Origin: Acidimicrobiaceae bacterium
GTDB taxonomy: Bacteria; Actinomycetota; Acidimicrobiia; Acidimicrobiales; Aldehydirespiratoraceae
DNA length: 64,000 bases
Reading direction: 5' to 3'
NCBI GenBank assembly: GCA_009837445.1
Contig: VXTM01000039.1
Span: forward strand, 6,408 to 70,407
Position numbers and translations under genes: made by a program. Under the pieces are notes generated by a model. The model was not told where the DNA came from. It did no database searches and saw only the letters and a list, made by a program, of their open reading frames with translations. Shown here piece by piece: positions 7,972 through 14,682 of this stretch. Position 1 is the stretch's first letter. Every line of letters begins with the position of its first letter.

Positions 7972-8595
7972 ATGAAAATAGATGAAGCCCGTACGTTGGA
8001 TCGTGGATCGCCTGAACTATCTAAACTGATCTTCTTCGATACGAATGTTGTTCAGAACCTTCATTCCTGCGGCGAGTTCATCTATGACAGCTTTCTTGAT
8101 CCCGTGATGGATGCCCAAATGTCGGCCAGGGGCTCCCGGTTCAGGGATGACATGTTCGCACTCGCAGACTTCATGGCGTTGGGGCGTCGTAACGGTTGGC
8201 CAATCGCGGTCTCACCCGGGATACTTGAAGAGCTAGGAGCTATACGACAACCTGGCAAGCGCCTTGCGCTGACCGTCTGGGCCAACGAGCTTGCGCACTA
8301 TTGCGCCCAGCTCCGAGAATCACGCGATGCCGCTGAAGCGTCGTGCTACGGCGAAGTAGAGAGATTCACGGTAGCTCAGCGGTGTTGGCTGTCCGATCGG
8401 TTGGCGATCTTGCCGCAAGAGAGCGATCGACAGTTGGTCATCGACGCGCTGGAGCACGGTTGCGATGTATTCCTTACCATGGACTACAAGACAATCTGGC
8501 GCTACCGGGACGAGTTGGATCGATTCGGGTTACGAGTGATGCGGCCAGTTGAACTCCTTGAACACGTCGACCCCCAGGCAGGCCTCCTCCGGTAG
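7972..8595 (+). CDS. PIN-domain-like nuclease (207 aa), no adjacent antitoxin-sized ORF
   Basis: KLIFFDTNVVQNL (PIN beta1 Asp), ILEELG, and a C-terminal DALEHGCDVFLTMDYK acidic cluster. A GGAGAAG Shine-Dalgarno sits ~6 nt upstream of the ATG. The gene and its leader are markedly AT-richer than the surroundings. Confidence 0.65.
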   Translation: MKIDEARTLDRGSPELSKLIFFDTNVVQNLHSCGEFIYDSFLDPVMDAQMSARGSRFRDDMFALADFMALGRRNGWPIAVSPGILEELGAIRQPGKRLALTVWANELAHYCAQLRESRDAAEASCYGEVERFTVAQRCWLSDRLAILPQESDRQLVIDALEHGCDVFLTMDYKTIWRYRDELDRFGLRVMRPVELLEHVDPQAGLLR

Positions 8596-8848
8596 CCGAT
8601 GCCTTCTGCGAATCGGTCGGGTAGCCGCCGCTGCAACGCCCCGACCCGAGTGTCGGTCTCACGCTAGAGTCGCCGCATCAGGTCGACCGCATGCGGATCG
8701 AACGCTCAGTTCTCCGGGATCGCCAGGTCGTCCCTTCTCGGTCGCCGTAGGGCACCGCTGTCGCCCGAGGAGCCTCCCGCGATGTAGGCAGGTGCGAGGC
8801 CGTCGTCGGTTTCGTTCCCGATCAGCGGTAGCGGCCAGTCCAAGACGT

Positions 8849-8886
8849 GAACGCCTTCAGTCGTGCAGACCCGACTGAAGGCGTTC
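8849..8886. repeat. Perfect 15-bp inverted repeat with 8-nt loop (GAACGCCTTCAGTCG-tgcagacc-CGACTGAAGGCGTTC)
   Basis: Read directly in the sequence. It lies in the 526-bp non-coding stretch between the PIN gene and the integrase 3' end. It could be a bidirectional terminator or a recombination-related site. Confidence 0.7.
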
Positions 8887-9121
8887 AATATCGGCCCGTG
8901 CCGGGCCGTACGTTAGAAGATCCGTTAGAAGTTGGGCCTCTGGGCTCGGATTGGGAGTCTTGCCGAGGCCAAAGAAATGGGCCTTGAACAGGTATTTTGC
9001 GTGGAGCCCGAGACAGAATCGAAGCTGCGAACTGCTGTCTTGGAGACAGCAGGAGTCAGGCCAGTTGTCCAGCGCCACGATGGGGAGGCCGAGCCGCAGC
9101 CGCGCGGGTGCAGTTCCGTTG

Positions 9122-10273
9122 TCAGGTGCCCTTCATGGAGACGTATTGGCCCCATTGCTCCATGACCTCGGCGCGCGCGTCGAGCAGATCCGAGCGCTGG
9201 TAGGCGCCCTCGACGCCTCGCACTGTGTGGCCGAGGCTCATTTCGGCCACTTCTCGGGTGATGCCTTGTTCGGCGCACCAGCTGCGGAACGAGGATCGCA
9301 GGCCGTGCGGTGTCATGGCCAGGCCCTGATCGCGGCATAGCTTCGATAGTGCCTCTACCGTGGTCTGGTGGCCGCGCCGGTTTGGGAACACGTATCCGCT
9401 GTTGTCGCTGTGGGTGCGGGCCTGATCCAGCACCGCCAGCGCCGCGGATGATAGCGGCACTCGCTGGGGTTTGGCGGTCTTGGTTCTGTTTGCGGGGATG
9501 GTCCACACATCGCCGTGGATCTCGTCCCAGCGCATACCGCGTACTTCGCTGGAGCGGGTCGCGGTCAGAGCCAGCATCCTGATGGCGGCTTTGGTGGACC
9601 AGAACGCGGCGCTGGCGTCGATGGTGTCCAGCGCGGCCGGGACTTCGCTCGCGGGCAGCGAGTCGAAGTGGCCGCCGGTGCCGGCGTGGCGGGGCAGCAA
9701 GCCTGCGAGGGCTTCGCCTGCGGGGTTGGTGGAGATGTGGTTCGAGGCGACCGCCCATCTGAACGCCATGGCGAGCCGTTGACGCAGCTTGCGGCCCAGT
9801 TCGGGTTTCGTGGTCCATACCGGGTTGAGCACGGCCAGGATGTCGGCGGTGCTCACCTGGTCGACGCGGCGGTCGATGATGGCGGCGGCATGGTTGTGCA
9901 CCGAGGACCGCCAGGCCTTGGCGGTGCGCGGGTTGCGCCAGTGCTGCTCGCGGGTCGCGATCGCTTTCTCCAGTGCCTCGGCGACGGTCGGCATCTCCGG
10001 GGACCGCAGGTCGCGGCCGTGCTCGACGGTGCGGCGGTTCTCTACGCATTTGGCCCGTGCCTCCGCGAGGGTGACTATCGGGTAGCTGCCCAGGCCGACC
10101 ATCGCTGGTTTGCCGCCGATGTAGAGGCGTTGGCTCCAGGTCTTGGACAGTCGGCCGTTGCGGGTGGTGCGCACCAGTAGGCTGAGCCCATACCCGCCTC
10201 TTCCGTCTCCGTACCTTCCGGGCTTGTTTACGGTGCGCACGAAGGCAGCGGTGAGCGTTCTGGGTCGGTCCAT
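9122..10273 (-). CDS. int: Tyrosine recombinase / phage (P4-like) integrase with N-terminal arm-binding (DUF4102-like) domain
   Basis: The N-terminus GRYGDGRGGYGLSLLVRTTRNGRLSKTWSQRLYIGGK...LGSYPIVTLAEARAK is typical of P4-type integrases. Catalytic-region motifs are TATRSSEVRGMRWDEI, HGLRSSFRSW, and LGHTVRGVEGAYQRSD. Confidence 0.9.
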   Translation of the reverse strand: MDRPRTLTAAFVRTVNKPGRYGDGRGGYGLSLLVRTTRNGRLSKTWSQRLYIGGKPAMVGLGSYPIVTLAEARAKCVENRRTVEHGRDLRSPEMPTVAEALEKAIATREQHWRNPRTAKAWRSSVHNHAAAIIDRRVDQVSTADILAVLNPVWTTKPELGRKLRQRLAMAFRWAVASNHISTNPAGEALAGLLPRHAGTGGHFDSLPASEVPAALDTIDASAAFWSTKAAIRMLALTATRSSEVRGMRWDEIHGDVWTIPANRTKTAKPQRVPLSSAALAVLDQARTHSDNSGYVFPNRRGHQTTVEALSKLCRDQGLAMTPHGLRSSFRSWCAEQGITREVAEMSLGHTVRGVEGAYQRSDLLDARAEVMEQWGQYVSMKGT

Positions 10274-10479
10274 CAGTATCCTTTACATTATTACTTCTTG
10301 GGTGGCACTGCAGGGTACTGAACGGCACAGGGCGGCGCAACTTCTCCGACCAGTTGCCGCATAATACAGGTCTTGACCTGTTAGTTGTGATCCACCATGG
10401 CACACAGCGACACATGACAGCACAAGTGGCTTCAATACCCGTACGGGGTGCTGAGGAGACTCGCCCGCTGGCTGGTCGG

Positions 10480-10839
10480 TCAGGCTGGCTGGTTGAGCTC
10501 GATCATGTTGCCGGCCGGGTCGAAGAAGAAGGTCTGGCGGGCTGCTGTGCCCGGCAGTGGTATGGGATCGTCCACCTTCACGCCCCGGCCCCGCAGCTCG
10601 GCCACCGCGGCGTCGATGTCTTCCACCTTGAATGCCCAGTGCTGGCCGGCGGGGGGCACCCAGCCCTCGACCTCGATGAGGTGGACCTCGCCGCCGCCGG
10701 GGCTCTGCAGCCAGCGGCCGTTGAAACCGAAGTCCGGCCGCGCCAGCACGGCCATGCCCAGCACGTCGGTGTAGAACGGCGCGGCCGCCTCGACGTCGGG
10801 GACGTTGATCGACACGTGGTGTACAGGGCCTAGCTCCAT
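10480..10839 (-). CDS. VOC / glyoxalase-family protein (119 aa)
   Basis: The C-terminal part of ORF 10480-11319 is MELGPVHHVSINVPDVEAAAPFYTDVLGM...FFFDPAGNMIELNQ. The start was taken at the ATG at 10839; the upstream part of that ORF is Arg/Pro/Ala-rich artefact. Confidence 0.8.
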   Translation of the reverse strand: MELGPVHHVSINVPDVEAAAPFYTDVLGMAVLARPDFGFNGRWLQSPGGGEVHLIEVEGWVPPAGQHWAFKVEDIDAAVAELRGRGVKVDDPIPLPGTAARQTFFFDPAGNMIELNQPA

Positions 10840-10849
10840 ACCGGCCACG

Positions 10850-11665
10850 CTAGCGGCGCTGGCAGACGGGGCACCAAGTGGTGCCGCGGGCGTCGACCAC
10901 CTTGCGGCGCAGCTCCGTCCCGCAGCGCTCGCACGGTTCGCCGGCCCGTCCGTAGCAGCGCAGATGGTGCTGGTTGCTCCCCCGTGCGCCGTCCAGTGCG
11001 GCGTAGTCGCGCAGCGTGGTGCCGCCGTGGCGCAGCCCTGAGGCCAGCGCGGTCCGGATGGCGCCAGCCAGAAGGCCGGCCCGGGGCCTCGACAGGTGGC
11101 GGATGGAAGGGTTGACACCCGCCAGCCAGAGCGCCTCGTCGGCGTAGATGTTGCCCACCCCCGCAACCGGCCGCTGTGACAGGAGTTGGGTCTTGACGCA
11201 GCGCCGGCTGGCCCGCAGGGCCCGCCAGAGGCTCTCGCCGGTGAAATGGTCGCTGAACGGCTCGGGGCCGAGGCGGTGGAGGGTCGCGATGGTCTCGTGC
11301 CGGCCCGCGGGCACCACATGGACCCGGCCGAACCGGCGCACGTCGTGCAGCGTCAGCGCGTCGTCGTCATCGAGTCGCCACCAGGCCCGCAGGTGCGGAT
11401 GGGACAGATCGATAGCGGGCCCGACCGCCAGCCTGCCGGTCATGCCCAGATGGATGACCAGCTCGCATCCGGACTGGCTGGAGTCGTCCAGATCCACGAT
11501 CAGGTACTTGCCCCGGCGGCGGACCGCGGTCACGTCGCAGCCGACCGCCTCCACCGCAGGGGTGAACTTCGCCGACGGATGGGAGCCCGCGTCGGTGATC
11601 GAGCGGCCCTCCAGCCGCGGCTGCAGCTGGGCTCGGATGGTCTCCACCTCGGGAAGCTCGGGCAC
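10850..11665 (-). CDS. Formamidopyrimidine-DNA glycosylase / Nei-family DNA glycosylase
   Basis: PELPEVE N-terminus, H2TH region, and C-terminal zinc finger CERCGTEL...WCPVCQ. The start was moved to the GTG (Val in MRPV|PELPEVE) so that the catalytic Pro is residue 2, as the family requires. Confidence 0.85.
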   Translation of the reverse strand: MPELPEVETIRAQLQPRLEGRSITDAGSHPSAKFTPAVEAVGCDVTAVRRRGKYLIVDLDDSSQSGCELVIHLGMTGRLAVGPAIDLSHPHLRAWWRLDDDDALTLHDVRRFGRVHVVPAGRHETIATLHRLGPEPFSDHFTGESLWRALRASRRCVKTQLLSQRPVAGVGNIYADEALWLAGVNPSIRHLSRPRAGLLAGAIRTALASGLRHGGTTLRDYAALDGARGSNQHHLRCYGRAGEPCERCGTELRRKVVDARGTTWCPVCQRR

Positions 11666-11728
11666 CGGCCGCACCGTACCGGAGCCGGCCCGGTCGGCGG
11701 GGACGGCCTGCCGGCTAGCGCAGGAGGG

Positions 11729-12037
11729 TCAGGCTGCGGCGATGGATCCGGCCGCGCCCCGCACGATCGCGTCGATCAGGTCGATGAGCTCGGGCCGGCT
11801 CCTGAAGTACTCGGCCTGCTCGCCCGTCCACGGCTGGATGAGCTCATCGGGGTCGAACCCGGCCCGCTGCCACGTGGTGGCGATCACTCGCAGGGCCGAG
11901 TCCACCTCCGGAGAAGCGGCCGTGACCGCCGCTACCGCCATCGCATCGATATCGACGGTCTCGCTGGTCACCAGCGGGCGCCGGATCGTGGAGATCCGGA
12001 ACCTGATGGCCTCCGCGGCGATGCGAGTGTGGTTCAT
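11729..12037 (-). CDS. Hypothetical protein (102 aa)
   Basis: The ORF has ordinary composition (MNHTRIAAEAIRFRISTIRRPLV...EYFRSRPELIDLIDAIV) and an AT-richer upstream region. I recognise no family. Confidence 0.45.
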   Translation of the reverse strand: MNHTRIAAEAIRFRISTIRRPLVTSETVDIDAMAVAAVTAASPEVDSALRVIATTWQRAGFDPDELIQPWTGEQAEYFRSRPELIDLIDAIVRGAAGSIAAA

Positions 12038-12135
12038 GGGCTACGTCACTAGCTGCGGCAGTCGTAGTAGTTCGGTATACAAATTACTGTTTTCCACAAC
12101 GCAAATGGTGGACCCTCGTGCCGTGGCGACACCCT

Positions 12136-13152
12136 TCAACGCCGCAGCGGGCAGCAGCCTTTGGGGCAGCGGTCGGGGCCTGTTCCGAGACGGCCGAGCG
12201 AGCGACGGGGCTTGGCCGGATCGAGGCGCTCCTCTATCAGTTCCTGCCACATGGCTATGAAGCGATCGTCCGGCCCGGTGCCGGGGGTGGAGGCCCGCAC
12301 CAGCCGGAGGCCGAGGTCGGTCGCCGTGGCCGCTGCGACCACGTCCAAGTCCCACATCACCTCCATGTGGTCGGTGACGAAGCCGATGGGAGCGACAACT
12401 ACGGCGGCCGCTCCCCGGCCGGACAGTTCCTTCAGGCAGTCGTTCACGTCGGGCTCCAGCCATGGCACGGAGAGTGGCCCGCTGCGGCTCTGCCACGCCA
12501 TGGTCCAGCCGTCGAAGCCTGCACCGGCCGCCACCAGGCGGGCCGTCTCGCCCAACTGTCGCTCATAGTCGCAGCCCGCGGCCATGGACTCGGGGATGGA
12601 GTGGGCGGTGAACACCAGCCGCGCCCCGGAGCGCACTTCGGCGGGCAGACTCATGCGGGCATCAGCGACCGCGTCGACGAAGGGCGCAATGAAGCCCGGA
12701 TGGTCGTAATAGGCGCGGACCCTGTCGATAGCAGGTGCGGTCCCGCCCGCCGAGGCCCGAGCGGCCTCGATGTCGTCGAGGTACTGGCGGCAGCCCGAGT
12801 ACGACGAGTACGCGGAGGTGAAGACGGCCAGGGCACGTCGCTGCCCGTCCGCGGTCATCTCGGCCACGGCGTCGGCCAGGTAGGGCGTCCAGTTGCGGTT
12901 CCCCCAGTACACCGGCAGGTGGCGTCCTGAGGCTGCGAGCCTCGCGGCCAGCGCATCGCGCAGCCGGCGGCACTGCTCGTTGAGGGGGCTGATCCCGCCG
13001 AAGTGGTGGTACTGCCGGGCCACCGCCTCGAGCCGCTCGGCCGGGATCTGCCGCCCGGCGGTGACGTTGGCCAGGAAGGGCTCGACGTCGTCTGGCCCTT
13101 CGGGGCCCCCGAACGACACCAGCAGCACGGAGTCGTACACGGTTGCGGTCAT
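12136..13152 (-). CDS. Ferrochelatase (actinobacterial coproporphyrin-type) with Cys-containing C-terminal extension
   Basis: VLLVSFGGPEGPDDVEPFLANV... is a ferrochelatase signature. The C-terminal CPKGCC is consistent with the [2Fe-2S] extension known in actinobacterial enzymes. I preferred the ATG at 13152 (MTATVYDS) over the GTG at 13188, which sits inside a DnaA-box-like 9-mer. Confidence 0.85.
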   Translation of the reverse strand: MTATVYDSVLLVSFGGPEGPDDVEPFLANVTAGRQIPAERLEAVARQYHHFGGISPLNEQCRRLRDALAARLAASGRHLPVYWGNRNWTPYLADAVAEMTADGQRRALAVFTSAYSSYSGCRQYLDDIEAARASAGGTAPAIDRVRAYYDHPGFIAPFVDAVADARMSLPAEVRSGARLVFTAHSIPESMAAGCDYERQLGETARLVAAGAGFDGWTMAWQSRSGPLSVPWLEPDVNDCLKELSGRGAAAVVVAPIGFVTDHMEVMWDLDVVAAATATDLGLRLVRASTPGTGPDDRFIAMWQELIEERLDPAKPRRSLGRLGTGPDRCPKGCCPLRR

Positions 13153-13159
13153 CCCCAGT

Positions 13160-13200
13160 TGATCCACAGACTCATCTGAGTTATCCACAGATTGCCCACA
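13160..13200 (+). promoter_or_regulatory. Cluster of three same-orientation DnaA-box-like 9-mers (TGATCCACA, TTATCCACA, TTGCCCACA)
   Basis: Read directly: 13160-13168, 13181-13189 (an exact match to the classical TTATCCACA box) and 13192-13200. They lie immediately upstream of the preferred ferrochelatase start. A fourth box, TTTTCCACA, is at 12090-12098. Confidence 0.4.
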
Positions 13201-13223
13201 GGCAGGACCGGCGTGGAGGCAGG

Positions 13224-13925
13224 TCAGTCCAGCACGCCGAAGCTCTTAATGTCTTCGTCGAGGGTCGAGAGGATGCGGTCGATCGTCTCCTCGCGGGTGG
13301 TGCGGCGGGTCAGGCCGAACGCGGTCCGGCGGACATGGCCGGCCAGCGCGCCGGCCCGTTCCAGCGCGGCCTCATGCAGGTCCTCGGCGGCGACCACCTC
13401 GTCGAGGTAGCCGGCCTCGACCGCGCCGCGGGGCGAGAACACGGTGGCCAGCGACGTGGCTGCGGTGAAGTGCCGGGGACTGAGCCGGTCCCGGGCCAGC
13501 TCGATGGCGAAGATAGGCAGCGGCATGCCGATGGACACCTCGGTGAGCCCGATCTTGGCCTCTACGTCGGCGCCGATGCGCACATCGCTGGACAGCAGCA
13601 TGATCGCCCCGAACGCCAAGGCGTGGCCGGTGCACGCAGCTACCACCGGCACCTGCGCCCCGTAGATCCGCGCCGCGGTGCGGGCCCCCGCGGCCACCAG
13701 CGCCTGAGCGGCCTCGGGTCCCTCGCCGATGACGCTCAGGTCGAAGCCGGCGCTGAAGCGGCCCTCCCGGCCCGAGATCACGAGGGCTCCCGCGTCCTGC
13801 TCGGCGGTCTCGAGGGCGGCGTCGATGGCCTCGAGCGTGTCGTAGCCCACCGCGTTGGCCTTGCCGTCGTCGAGGAGCAGGACGGCCACTCCGTCGTCGA
13901 TCAAGAAGGAGGTCTTCGATGTCAT
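13224..13925 (-). CDS. Enoyl-CoA hydratase/isomerase (crotonase) family protein
   Basis: MTSKTSFLIDDGVAVLLLDDGKANAV...ISGREGRFSAGFDL...AACTGHALAFGA. The start was taken at the ATG at 13925; the longer ORF upstream is Ser/Arg-rich artefact. Confidence 0.85.
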   Translation of the reverse strand: MTSKTSFLIDDGVAVLLLDDGKANAVGYDTLEAIDAALETAEQDAGALVISGREGRFSAGFDLSVIGEGPEAAQALVAAGARTAARIYGAQVPVVAACTGHALAFGAIMLLSSDVRIGADVEAKIGLTEVSIGMPLPIFAIELARDRLSPRHFTAATSLATVFSPRGAVEAGYLDEVVAAEDLHEAALERAGALAGHVRRTAFGLTRRTTREETIDRILSTLDEDIKSFGVLD

Positions 13926-13995
13926 GCCCGCACCGTAGCGCGAGCGCACGAACCGCCCGCAGGAAGGTCCGTGAGCCCTCGGTAGGATCAGATCC

Positions 13996-14670
13996 GTGAC
14001 CGATACCGCCGCTCCGACGGAAGCGCCCGCCGCAGAACCCGCCGAGACCGCAGCCGCATCGGGCGAGGAGATCCTGATCGTCACCGACGCGGCCCGCACC
14101 GCGGTGCTGTCCATCCGCGACCGCGAGGACGACGGCGACACGCTGGGCCTGCGAGTCGAGGTGACCGGCACCGCCGGGATCGACTACACCTACGACCTGA
14201 CGCTCGACCCGGTGGCCGACGCTGCCCCCGACGACCACATTCACGACTCGGATGGTCTGACGGTGGTCGTGCCCGACGCCAGCGTTAGCCGGCTCCGGGG
14301 CTCAACCCTGGACGTGCCGTCGATTCCCGGTCAGGGCGGGCTGGTGATCCGAAACCCCAACCGCCCCAACCCGCTGGGCGACATGGGACGCCTGGACCTC
14401 ACCGGCAGCATCGCCGAGAAGGTGCAGCAACTGCTCGACATGAGCATCAACCCCGCACTGGCCTCGCACGGCGGGTACGCCAGCCTCGTTGACGTGAACG
14501 ACGACGACTCGGTGGTGGTGACCATGGGCGGCGGCTGCCAGGGCTGTGCCATGAGCCAGGCCACCCTGTCCGACGGGATCAAGCGGGCCATCATGGAGGC
14601 CATCGAAGAGGTGACCGACGTGATCGACGTCACCGACCACGAGGCCGGAGAGAACCCCTACTTCAGCTAG
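13996..14670 (+). CDS. NfuA-like Fe-S cluster carrier (degenerate IscA/HesB-like N-domain plus Nfu C-domain)
   Basis: The C-terminal domain has INPALASHGGYASLVDV...MGGGCQGCAMS (Nfu CxxC). The N-domain has ILIVTDAARTAVLSI...LGLRVEV. Confidence 0.8.
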   Translation: MTDTAAPTEAPAAEPAETAAASGEEILIVTDAARTAVLSIRDREDDGDTLGLRVEVTGTAGIDYTYDLTLDPVADAAPDDHIHDSDGLTVVVPDASVSRLRGSTLDVPSIPGQGGLVIRNPNRPNPLGDMGRLDLTGSIAEKVQQLLDMSINPALASHGGYASLVDVNDDDSVVVTMGGGCQGCAMSQATLSDGIKRAIMEAIEEVTDVIDVTDHEAGENPYFS

Positions 14671-14682
14671 AGGGAAGACTCC

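Larger units (their letters stand above)
1..10479. mobile_element. Right-hand part of an integrase-bearing genomic island (defence-type cargo); the left end lies outside the window
   Basis: Tyrosine integrase at 9122-10273. The cargo is nuclease, helicase, ATPase and PIN genes with no housekeeping function. Composition is visibly AT-richer than the core: single-line spot counts gave 34/60 GC at nt 1-60 versus 43/60 at nt 15001-15060. Core genes (VOC, fpg) start at 10480. No tRNA or direct repeat was found at the right edge, so the boundaries are approximate. Confidence 0.6.

Noticed and set aside
8706-9078. Small ORFs 8706-8888 (-), 8857-9078 (-) and 8951-9340 (+) as a possible Xis/AlpA or cargo gene
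   Set aside because: There is no HTH-like pattern and no ribosome-binding site. They overlap the hairpin and repeat structures. The composition is not convincing for coding sequence.
8925-10415. 496-aa minus-strand ORF overlapping the integrase
   Set aside because: It is an alternative frame of the integrase gene. The translation is extremely Arg/Pro/His-rich (RRPVPFSTLQCHPRSNN..., PRRPGEHRRHPGRAQPG) with no motifs. The 9122-10273 frame has clear tyrosine recombinase motifs.
10274-10479. Search for a tRNA/tmRNA 3' fragment or att core next to the integrase start
   Set aside because: No T-loop-like GGTTCGAATCC or acceptor-like segment could be folded. Only a short GCTGGCTGGT duplication occurs near the VOC gene stop. 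That is too weak to call an att site without the other island end.
13160-13200. DnaA-box cluster as the chromosomal origin (oriC)
   Set aside because: No dnaA, dnaN, rpmH or parAB genes occur anywhere in the window. There is no extended AT-rich unwinding element. Only 3-4 boxes are present, so it is reported as a possible regulatory or titration site, not an origin.
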